Origin: an uncultured Pseudomonadales bacterium
GTDB lineage: Bacteria; Patescibacteriota; Microgenomatia; UBA1400; UBA1396
Assembly (NCBI GenBank): GCA_964447905.1
Contig: CAYUUK010000005.1
Span: 279 to 64,278, forward strand
DNA length: 64,000 nucleotides
Reading direction: 5' to 3'
Below the pieces are notes generated by a model. The model was not told where the DNA came from and did not search any database. It saw only the letters and a list, made by a program, of their open reading frames with translations. The position numbers were made by a program, and so were the translations under genes. Positions 47,790-55,948 of this stretch are shown here, piece after piece (the stretch's first letter is position 1; each line of letters starts with the position of its first letter).

Positions 47790-48368
47790 ATGGCACATCT
47801 TGTACTGATCCGTCACGGCAAAACTGAGTTTAATCAACAGCCAAAGCGCTTTACTGGTTTTACAGACGTCTCTATTTCTAAAGAGGGCACGGTAGATGCG
47901 CAGATTGTCGGTCAAAAGTTGAAAAAAACTGGGATACAGTTTGCAGCCGCGTACACTTCTTGGTTACAGCGAGCCTGGCAGACCCTCGATATCGTGCTCC
48001 CGATTATTGGTCAAGGCGATTTGGAGGTTATTAAGCATCCGTTCCTCAATGAGCGTCATTACGGAGATCTGCAGACCCACTACCATACCGAGATGATCGG
48101 TAAGTTCGGCGAAGAACAGGTCCAGACATGGCGGAGAAGCTATGCTGTTCGTCCTCCTGGCGGTGAGAGTTTAGAGGATGTGGTGTATCGGGCAAGTCAC
48201 TATCTAGAAACAGAGATTCTCCCTCGTGTTAAAAACGGCGAAAATATCCTTATTTCAGCGCACGGAAACTCAATTCGCGCCATTATTAAGTACCTTGATG
48301 GTGTTTCAGACAAAGAGATTGTTGGCCGGGAAATTGAGTATACAGTTCCGTTATTCTACGAGTTCTGA
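47790..48368 (+). CDS. gpmA: histidine-phosphatase-family phosphoglycerate mutase (dPGM type)
   Basis: LIRHGKTEFN matches the RHGESxWN catalytic-His motif. C-terminal second His in SAHGNSIRA. Confidence 0.75.
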   Translation: MAHLVLIRHGKTEFNQQPKRFTGFTDVSISKEGTVDAQIVGQKLKKTGIQFAAAYTSWLQRAWQTLDIVLPIIGQGDLEVIKHPFLNERHYGDLQTHYHTEMIGKFGEEQVQTWRRSYAVRPPGGESLEDVVYRASHYLETEILPRVKNGENILISAHGNSIRAIIKYLDGVSDKEIVGREIEYTVPLFYEF

Positions 48369-48408
48369 GTCTGCTTGTCTTGTTGTGCGGCCACTGATTT
48401 TGTTGAGT

Positions 48409-49866
48409 TTACTTAAGTTCGTTTGCGCTATTGAGGAATCGCTCTGTAACTCTCTCTTTCCCAATTGCCTGAATCGTCTCAAAGAGCGGCGGTGTGGCTT
48501 TTCTGCCGGTGGCCGCTAAACGAAGCATCATGAAGTATTGGCCCTTTTTCCAGTCATGAGCTTCCTGGAGTTCGCGAATAGCGGTTTCGATGGCTTCGTG
48601 TTGCCAGTCAGTAATCGTTTGCAGAGCTTCTACCGTTTTATGGAGCTGTTCGGCCACGAGCTCTGGCGTAGCGCCTTTTTTCAGCAGTTGATCAGAGTCA
48701 ACGGTTATATCCTGGTAAAAGAAATCAGTTAACTCAGTAAAGTCGCGAAGTGTAGTCATGCGATCGAGCACGAGCGGGAGATAGAGCGGAATGTTTTCTA
48801 CTGGATAGTCTTCTGGTAAGTAGGCCCGAATACGTTCGGCTACTTCTTCCAAGGACAGGATCTCGCGTAGGTACTTTCCGTTCATCCAGTTGAGCTTTTC
48901 CAAATCAAAAACCGGTCCGGTTTTTTGCATTCGCTGCATGTCAAAAACATCCACAAACTCTTCGAGCGATATAGGAAACTCTTTATTTTCAGGATGTGAC
49001 CAGCCTAGCAGCATTAAGAAATTAAGCAGTGCCTCTGGCAAGTATCCCTTTTCTTTGTAGCTGACAATAGAAACATCATTTTTTCGCTTCGAGAGCTTTG
49101 ATTTATCGGTGTTTCTCAGCAGCGGCATATGAGCGTACTCAGGGAGATCGAATCCCAAGGCCTTGAAGAGAATACTATGCTTTGGGGTGGAGCTAATCCA
49201 TTCTTCGCCACGCAGCACGTGTGTGATGCCCATAAGATGATCGTCCACCACGACGGCCATGTGGTAGGTGGGAAAACCATCAGATTTGAGTAAGACTTGG
49301 TCATCAATCTGCGCATGGTCAATCTCCACTTCACCGCGGATGAGGTCGGTCCATTGCGTTTTTCCTTCTGGAACACGCAAGCGAACAACATACTCTTCAC
49401 CCTGAGCGACCTTTGCTTTGGCCTCTTCTAATGAGTAGGTATGTAAGCAGTGGCGATCATATTTTGGAGGTTGTTTGGCTGCCTGTTGCGCGGCGCGCAT
49501 ATCAGCGAGTCTTTCGGAAGAACAGAAACAGTAGTAGGCGTCACCTTGCTCTATAAGTTGGTCAACGTACTTTTTGTATGTCTCGAGCCGTTCGGATTGG
49601 CGGTATGGTCCGTACTCTCCAGCACGCTGCACACTTTCATCAGGAGTAATTCCAGCCCATGAAAGCGCCTCAAAAATGACTTCTTCCGCACCTTCAACAA
49701 AGCGATTCCTGTCTGTATCCTCGATACGAACAATAAACTCACCATTCTGTTGTTTCGCAAATGCGTAGTTAAACAGAGCAATATACAAAGTACCGACATG
49801 GGCAATTCCAGTTGGGGAGGGAGCGATACGAGTACGGATATGGTTCATAGCGGTATTATACGTCAT
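48409..49866 (-). CDS. gltX: glutamyl-tRNA synthetase
   Basis: RIAPSPTGIAHVGT (HIGH), KLSKR (KMSKS), and RIEDTD typical of GluRS. Confidence 0.9.
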   Translation of the reverse strand: MTYNTAMNHIRTRIAPSPTGIAHVGTLYIALFNYAFAKQQNGEFIVRIEDTDRNRFVEGAEEVIFEALSWAGITPDESVQRAGEYGPYRQSERLETYKKYVDQLIEQGDAYYCFCSSERLADMRAAQQAAKQPPKYDRHCLHTYSLEEAKAKVAQGEEYVVRLRVPEGKTQWTDLIRGEVEIDHAQIDDQVLLKSDGFPTYHMAVVVDDHLMGITHVLRGEEWISSTPKHSILFKALGFDLPEYAHMPLLRNTDKSKLSKRKNDVSIVSYKEKGYLPEALLNFLMLLGWSHPENKEFPISLEEFVDVFDMQRMQKTGPVFDLEKLNWMNGKYLREILSLEEVAERIRAYLPEDYPVENIPLYLPLVLDRMTTLRDFTELTDFFYQDITVDSDQLLKKGATPELVAEQLHKTVEALQTITDWQHEAIETAIRELQEAHDWKKGQYFMMLRLAATGRKATPPLFETIQAIGKERVTERFLNSANELK

Positions 49867-49892
49867 TGAGGGCCTGGCCCTTAGGCCTATAA

Positions 49893-50960
49893 TTACTGGT
49901 AGACTCTGCTGTCTAGTGCGCTGACGTAGGCACGAAAGCCGTTGTCCCCGCTGAAAACGTACACAGGTTGATAGTAATTTTGTGCTTGAGACGGTTCATA
50001 GTAGCCCAAAGCTACTTGTCGAACTATGGCTGTACCACCGTCAGTAGGTGCAGAAACGACGTAGCCATCGCCGGCCTGTAGAGCCTGCCAGGCGAGTTGT
50101 GCTGGCTGCAGCGGATAGGTTTCAAAGTTTGACCAGTCAACCGTGGAGTATTGGGATTCAAGGTTCAAGACTCTCTCTCCTTGCTCCCGACTTCCAGAGT
50201 ACAAGACGCGGATAACCCCTTTGCCAGCTTCGGACGTAACTGTTGGGTAGGCGTTAGGGGCGAGGCGATAGATGTCAACTTGGACAAAGTCAGCCTCAGA
50301 AACACTGCTCACCGGCTGGAGTTCTCCGCCTAAGGCACGAATGTACGTAATTTTCGGTTCAGCCGTGGCAATGTCCGCTGGCAGTAAATTCGCCGAGCGC
50401 AAAAGACTACGAGTTTCCACGGTGAGCTGGGAGGGAGTGGGGATCATTTTTTTATCGAGCAGCGAGACAGATGAGGCCCAGTCAACCGATAAATCCATGT
50501 GGCGCGTTACGATGTCCATTTCGAGTGTGGCGGGAATTGGGGTACCTCGGCGCCAACGATACTCTTCAGCCGATATTTTTTCTGGAGCAAACACAAATCC
50601 GAGTGAGGCAGCTGTTTCTTTTGCACTATCGAGCGCGAGCAAACTCGGCTGAGCAGACGGCATAAAGTAAACGGGAATCTGCGACCCAAAACTTGGCAGG
50701 CGCTGACCAACCGTTTGGAGCTCATAGGACTCCGGTCGCTCATCAGCAAGTTGATTGGGAAATGCTGGGCGAGGAAGGTAGCCAAAGCCCATGGTTGGAC
50801 CTGGTGTAGGAGGTGGGTTCAAAGCACTCAAGATGTTTACTGAAGTAGACAGCACCGAACGGCCAACAATCAGAACTACCAAAGCGATAACACCATAGAT
50901 AACCGCCAATCGACCGTACTTCGCGAAATTTGTGAGTGAGTAATCTGAGCTTTGAGCCAT
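49893..50960 (-). CDS. hypothetical N-terminally anchored extracytoplasmic protein
   Basis: One N-terminal TM then a 320-aa soluble region. 26 nt upstream of gltX on the same strand. Confidence 0.45.
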   Translation of the reverse strand: MAQSSDYSLTNFAKYGRLAVIYGVIALVVLIVGRSVLSTSVNILSALNPPPTPGPTMGFGYLPRPAFPNQLADERPESYELQTVGQRLPSFGSQIPVYFMPSAQPSLLALDSAKETAASLGFVFAPEKISAEEYRWRRGTPIPATLEMDIVTRHMDLSVDWASSVSLLDKKMIPTPSQLTVETRSLLRSANLLPADIATAEPKITYIRALGGELQPVSSVSEADFVQVDIYRLAPNAYPTVTSEAGKGVIRVLYSGSREQGERVLNLESQYSTVDWSNFETYPLQPAQLAWQALQAGDGYVVSAPTDGGTAIVRQVALGYYEPSQAQNYYQPVYVFSGDNGFRAYVSALDSRVYQ

Positions 50961-50972
50961 ATTCCTATGATA

Positions 50973-52007
50973 CTAAATATTTTCTTGTTTCTGAAGCTGA
51001 AGAGTTGTGAGCATCCAGTTGGTGAGAGTCTGCGCTTCTTCAAATCGGTCATTGCTACCCAGAATCACGAGAATGATGTCGTGAGCCGGTTCGGTAATGA
51101 AGGTACTCGAGTCAGTCGCCGTTGCCTGGTTTGTTGTAAATGGTTCAGTAACTATACGAACTACCAGACTTTCACCAGCGAGTGCAGTTGTGCCTGTTTT
51201 CATCCCACGGTAGCGAGGATCTGTGTAGAGGAGTGCGTTAGTGGTGTAGATAGTGTCTATTCTGCCAGTACGGAGTTCTCGTACTTGCGCTACCGGTTTT
51301 GAGACGATCTCCGCGAGTACCGGAATTCTTAAAAAAGCATTCGCTAGTTGACCGATGTCTTCTGCCGTAGAGTACTGCTGTTCAGCATCTAGCCCGGATG
51401 GGTTTGAGAAATGAGTAGAAGCGAGTCCAAGTTCTTGAGCCCGCAAGTTCATTTGTTCAACAAAGCCAGGCATACCCTCTTGGTGGTGTCGGCTTAAAGC
51501 TTCAGCGGCGTCGTTTGCTGAAAAAATGAGCATGGCGTGCAGGAGGTCATAAACAGAAAATGTATCATTGGCAAAGAACTGTGCCCGGTTCCCAATTGCC
51601 GCAGCAGAGGTCCCAATAGGAACTGAAGTGTCGAGGGCATACTCATCATAGCTCACGAGAGCTGTCATGAGTTTTGCTAGAGAAGCTACCGAAGTAGCAG
51701 TTTGGGCATTTTCTTCAAAAAGGAGTTGATCCGTAGTGCGATCATAGGCCCAGACAGAGTTTGCGGTGAAGGCGGGTGGAGTGGCTAGCGTATCGAGTGT
51801 GGGTTGAGGTGCTGGAAGAACTGCTATTTGTTCTATCGGTAATGGTATTTGAGCGACCTGCGCATCTTGGTAGTACTCCCAGAAAGCGCCAATCACTCCA
51901 ATTCCAACAACGACGAACCATAAAACAAAAAGCCACATATACTCTTTGAGCCGTTGCATATACTCCATAACTGAAACATTGTGACAGTTTCTTACAAGTG
52001 AGTGCAA
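50973..52007 (-). CDS. D-alanyl-D-alanine carboxypeptidase (peptidase S11, PBP5-like)
   Basis: SxxK (SLAK), SxN (SAN) and KTG (KTGT) boxes, in order with the right spacing. Confidence 0.75.
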   Translation of the reverse strand: MHSLVRNCHNVSVMEYMQRLKEYMWLFVLWFVVVGIGVIGAFWEYYQDAQVAQIPLPIEQIAVLPAPQPTLDTLATPPAFTANSVWAYDRTTDQLLFEENAQTATSVASLAKLMTALVSYDEYALDTSVPIGTSAAAIGNRAQFFANDTFSVYDLLHAMLIFSANDAAEALSRHHQEGMPGFVEQMNLRAQELGLASTHFSNPSGLDAEQQYSTAEDIGQLANAFLRIPVLAEIVSKPVAQVRELRTGRIDTIYTTNALLYTDPRYRGMKTGTTALAGESLVVRIVTEPFTTNQATATDSSTFITEPAHDIILVILGSNDRFEEAQTLTNWMLTTLQLQKQENI

Positions 52008-52038
52008 GCCCCAGGTAATGCCGTGCTGAGCGGAAAAC

Positions 52039-52066
52039 TTGCACTATTACACTTGAGGAGTACAAT
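52039..52066 (+). promoter_or_regulatory. orphan promoter TTGCAC-16-TACAAT
   Basis: The hexamers seen directly. No protein gene follows for about 170 nt. Confidence 0.35.
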
Positions 52067-52192
52067 AGTGTGGAAATGAGTTTACAGCATTGCTACACTC
52101 CAGCGTTTACTATTTCACTTCGCCAAGGCAAGTGGAATTCGCGGGGTGCGCTTACATTTTTCTAAAAAAGAAAGACAAAAACAGAAAGCACA

Positions 52193-52220
52193 CCCCGGCC
52201 AAACACCGGGGATTTTTTTT
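52193..52220 (+). terminator. intrinsic terminator (CCCCGG-ccaaaca-CCGGGG followed by a T8 run)
   Basis: Perfect 6-bp GC stem with a 7-nt loop, then ATTTTTTTT, seen directly. Confidence 0.6.
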
Positions 52221-52235
52221 GAGAAGAAAGGAAAC

Positions 52236-52403
52236 ATGAAAAGTAGGGAGTCACTGACTAGAGAGCCAGAGAGGGCTCGCTTGATAAGCCATGACGAAAA
52301 CGCAGACTTTGAAAATATGCAGCAATTCGTCCTGAAGTATCGTGGCGAGAGTGTGCTGGTGCCAGATGTGGCAAAGCGGCTCTTTTATCCTGCTTTTGAA
52401 TAA
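52236..52403 (+). CDS. small hypothetical protein (55 aa)
   Basis: ATG after GAAAGG. The longer track ORF (52146) would read through the terminator hairpin. Confidence 0.35.
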   Translation: MKSRESLTREPERARLISHDENADFENMQQFVLKYRGESVLVPDVAKRLFYPAFE

Positions 52404-52419
52404 AATACGAGGAGAACCT

Positions 52420-52797
52420 ATGACTACAGAAAATGAACCAAGAACAAGAGTCGTTACTAAAAGCGAAGTACAGCATTTCATGTTTACTAGCAATGAAGAG
52501 ATCGCTATTGGTGCTCTCGTGCTAGGTAAAATAAATCAGCTCTATAGCAGTGACAGACGTGGTATTCGTATTTCTGGAACCTTTCCAATAAGTTCGATTT
52601 TCTTCCAGTTTGAGAATATAGATTTTGACCTTTACGATATAAGAGATTTACAACTTATTCTCGATATAAATACTCGTTTATTGGGAAGTTTAGCCAGATA
52701 TTGTAGTGCGGTGAATTTAGATCCTACTATCGCTATAAAAATTCAAGCAAAAATAGCTGAGTTGCAAAAAAAGGACCAGGGCGGATCAGTTCGGTAG
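52420..52797 (+). CDS. hypothetical protein (125 aa), AT-rich
   Basis: ATG 5 nt after a GAGGAG Shine-Dalgarno. No family. Confidence 0.45.
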   Translation: MTTENEPRTRVVTKSEVQHFMFTSNEEIAIGALVLGKINQLYSSDRRGIRISGTFPISSIFFQFENIDFDLYDIRDLQLILDINTRLLGSLARYCSAVNLDPTIAIKIQAKIAELQKKDQGGSVR

Positions 52798-54414
52798 TAC
52801 TGCTCGAATAATCAGCTCGAACTCTTTCCCTCGATAGTTGCTCGGGGCTATTTCGAGTACTACTGCGTGATAGTCTGATAAATTGCTACTCATCTTTTCT
52901 GCCGCTTTAAAATAGATTCCACTGGTGGCAAAACCGGTACTCGCGTTGCCAAATGTGAGGACCCAGTGACTGCCGTCTTTTCCTACTGGTTTGTAGTCAC
53001 GGAGATCAATATCCTCAATAAGGAACAGTGGGTTCTCGTTGGCTGCTCCAAATGGGGCGAATTTCTGTATAGTTTGGAGAGACTCAGCGGTGAGCAGTGA
53101 CCAATCGAGAGATCCAATTACATCGATTCTCGGTGTCAGCATTTCTTTTGGAAGCGCTGTGCGGGCACTTTCTCGAATAAAAGTGGTACTGGTTTCTAAA
53201 GATTCCGTAGGAATAGAAAAACCAGCTGCCATAGCGTGACCACCGAGAGCCAAGAATGGAATAGTTTTTTCGAGGCTGCGTAAAAACTCGATGGAGTTCC
53301 ACCCGCGAATCGAGCGTACCGATGCTTTGGCCACTGAATCGTTCACACTCAGAACAATCGCTGGCTTGTAAAATGTTTCAACCAGTTTACTTGCCAGTAG
53401 TCCGATAATTCCTTCATGGAACTCACCAGCTACAACGAGTATGTGTTCTTTTTCATGCGTTCTTTTGACTTCTTCAATGACATCTTCATAGAGTTCTTTA
53501 GTCAGCACCTGTCGCGAAGAATTGGTTTTTTGGAGAGCGTGCATCAACTGCTGAGTTCGATCAGGGTTTTTAGATACAAGAGCTCGTAAAGCGTCCATGG
53601 CATCACCTAACCTTCCCATGGCATTAATTCGGGGAGCAAGCGTAAAGTGAACCGTTTCAGGACTAGCGTCTGCAAGATGAATATTGGCCATTTTGGCTAG
53701 GGTTTGTAGGCTTTGGCGCGGTGTGGTGCGCAGAGCTTTCAGCCCATACACGGCAAAACTCCTGTTGGCCCCATGTAATGGCACCTGGTCGGCGAGAGTA
53801 CCGAGTACGACATAGTCAAGTTTCGTGGCCGCAATTGCTTCATTCAGGGAGTGCACCAACATCCATGCCACCGACACACCGGCCAATTGTGTTGAGTGCA
53901 GCACAATATCGGCTGCAGGTATGGTGCCATCAGAGGTGTGGTGGTCTGTAAGCAGAGTATCAACGCCTTTTTGCTTGAGCCAAGAAAATGCGTCGTGAGC
54001 CACGATTCCGTTGTCCACGGTAACCACGAGATCAGGTTGATACTCACTCCAAATTTCCTCTAGTGCGTGGACCGATAAACCGTATCCATGTTTTTCTCGG
54101 TGCGGTAAAAAGGGCCGCGCTGTGAGACCAAGTTCATGCAGAGTTTCCCAAAGTACTGCCGTTGCGGTTACTCCATCACAGTCGTAGTCACCAAATATGA
54201 GTACCTTTTCTTGATTTTTAATAGCGACCAAAAGACGATCTCGGGCTGCATCCAAAGCAGCAGGATCAAGCCCGTGCAGTTCGGAGGAAAGAGAGTCCGG
54301 TGAGGGCACCGTAAAAAAAGTTTCTCGATGGTTTTCTGGTATACGCGAAAGGAGGGCGTTGTAGAGCATTTCTTGCGAATCTATTGGCTGGGTCACCTGT
54401 TTATGAATATGCAT
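52786..54414 (-). CDS. recJ: single-stranded-DNA-specific exonuclease RecJ
   Basis: DHH family motifs GDYDCDG and LLTDHH, plus a DHHA1-like C-terminus. Confidence 0.85.
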   Translation of the reverse strand: MHIHKQVTQPIDSQEMLYNALLSRIPENHRETFFTVPSPDSLSSELHGLDPAALDAARDRLLVAIKNQEKVLIFGDYDCDGVTATAVLWETLHELGLTARPFLPHREKHGYGLSVHALEEIWSEYQPDLVVTVDNGIVAHDAFSWLKQKGVDTLLTDHHTSDGTIPAADIVLHSTQLAGVSVAWMLVHSLNEAIAATKLDYVVLGTLADQVPLHGANRSFAVYGLKALRTTPRQSLQTLAKMANIHLADASPETVHFTLAPRINAMGRLGDAMDALRALVSKNPDRTQQLMHALQKTNSSRQVLTKELYEDVIEEVKRTHEKEHILVVAGEFHEGIIGLLASKLVETFYKPAIVLSVNDSVAKASVRSIRGWNSIEFLRSLEKTIPFLALGGHAMAAGFSIPTESLETSTTFIRESARTALPKEMLTPRIDVIGSLDWSLLTAESLQTIQKFAPFGAANENPLFLIEDIDLRDYKPVGKDGSHWVLTFGNASTGFATSGIYFKAAEKMSSNLSDYHAVVLEIAPSNYRGKEFELIIRAVLPN

Positions 54415-54485
54415 GGTATCGACAGCGTACTCTGAACTGGTTTCTGACTCAAGTTTTTGTTCATTTCGTGGTAGTATGTCAAAGT

Positions 54486-55940
54486 ATGAAAATTCAGGTG
54501 CCCAAAGAAGTTTTGGCTCTGGTTATTACTCTGGAAGAAGCCGGGTACGAAGCCCATATTGTGGGTGGAGCTGTGCGTGACTCATTGCTTGGCCGTCCAA
54601 CCCATGACTGGGACTTCACCACCAATGCTCGACCGGAGCAAATTCAAGAGTTATTTGCCGAAAGTTTTTATGAAAATAATTTTGGCACCGTTGGTATAGC
54701 TCGCGAACACATTTGGAATCAACTTATAGAGCAAGAGATTACATTTACCAAACCAGATAACTGGGTTTTTGAAGTTACTACGTATCGAGTTGAAGGCCAG
54801 TATTGGGATAGCCGTCGGCCAGCTGAAGTTCAGTGGGGTAAAACAGTGGAAGATGATCTGCAGCGGCGCGATTTTACTATGAACGCCATAGCTTTACGGG
54901 TGCCTCACTGGAAGGAATACTCCTCACTTCTTGCTGACTTCGCTGCAGCTCCAGAAACACTCGAGATTGAAGTGGCGATTGTCGACCCGTACAAGGGTGT
55001 AGAAGCAATTCAGCAGCGTCGTATCGTTGCAGTCGGTGATCCCGATGTCCGCTTTACCGAAGACGCTTTGCGTATGCTGCGTGCAGTCCGATTTGCTGCC
55101 GAACTCGAGTTCATGATCGACCAAACAACGCTTATTGCCCTCCAGAAACACGCCGAGAAAATACAAAATATTTCTTGGGAGCGTATTCGCGATGAGTTTT
55201 TGCGAATACTCGTGACAAATAATATTGAAGATGCGCTGACTATTCTCTATACAACTGGTTTACTCCATTTCATTATTCCAGAATTAACCGATACTCGAGG
55301 AATCGAGCAACGAGGCCACCATGAGCACGATGTGTGGCTCCACTCGCTGAAAGCCTGTCAACTGTGTCCATCTGATGATCCAATCGTGAAACTCGCGGCT
55401 CTTTTGCATGATATTGCCAAACCAGAAACCCAAAAACCACTTCCTCACTCTGATGGAGAGTACTCTTTCTACAATCATGAGGTGATTGGTGCCCGTACAG
55501 CTCGAGATATAGCGAGAAGACTTCGGTTGTCAAAACGTGATGTCCAAAGAGTCTTTGTGCTGGTTCGCTGGCATATGTTTCACTATCAGCCCGATATGAC
55601 CGATAGTGCTATTCGCCGGTTTATTCGCCGCATTGGTGTCGAGAATATTGACGATATCATGGCTCTGCGCGAGGGTGATCGCCTTGGGAGTGGCAGTAAG
55701 CGCACCAGTTGGCGGCTGGAAGAAATGAAGGAGCGCATTCACGCTGAACTCAATCAACCCATGCAGATTAAAGATATGGTTGTTGATGGTGAAGATGTTA
55801 TGAGTATACTAGAGATTCCACCTGGTCCGGAGATTGGCAAGGTACTACGCGAACTGTTTGAGGAAGTATTCGAGAATCCGAGCCTCAATGAGCGTGAAAC
55901 ACTCATCAGTCGCCTGGAAGAAATGAAAAAGAGAGAATAA
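54486..55940 (+). CDS. cca: CCA-adding tRNA nucleotidyltransferase with a C-terminal HD domain
   Basis: GGAVRD...DWDFTT polymerase-beta-type head. HD motif LLHDIAKP. Start at MKIQVP. Confidence 0.85.
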   Translation: MKIQVPKEVLALVITLEEAGYEAHIVGGAVRDSLLGRPTHDWDFTTNARPEQIQELFAESFYENNFGTVGIAREHIWNQLIEQEITFTKPDNWVFEVTTYRVEGQYWDSRRPAEVQWGKTVEDDLQRRDFTMNAIALRVPHWKEYSSLLADFAAAPETLEIEVAIVDPYKGVEAIQQRRIVAVGDPDVRFTEDALRMLRAVRFAAELEFMIDQTTLIALQKHAEKIQNISWERIRDEFLRILVTNNIEDALTILYTTGLLHFIIPELTDTRGIEQRGHHEHDVWLHSLKACQLCPSDDPIVKLAALLHDIAKPETQKPLPHSDGEYSFYNHEVIGARTARDIARRLRLSKRDVQRVFVLVRWHMFHYQPDMTDSAIRRFIRRIGVENIDDIMALREGDRLGSGSKRTSWRLEEMKERIHAELNQPMQIKDMVVDGEDVMSILEIPPGPEIGKVLRELFEEVFENPSLNERETLISRLEEMKKRE

Positions 55941-55948
55941 TTACTCCT

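Noticed and set aside
49880-49900. GGGCC-t-GGCCC hairpin between gltX and the upstream minus-strand gene
   Set aside because: The loop is too short, and there is no T-run on the transcribed (minus) strand. The genes are 26 nt apart and most likely co-transcribed.
52146-52403. Full-length 85-aa track ORF
   Set aside because: Its N-terminal 30 codons (Lys-rich, low complexity) run straight through a strong terminator hairpin and T-run. The internal ATG at 52236 after GAAAGG is the more plausible start, if the ORF is coding at all.
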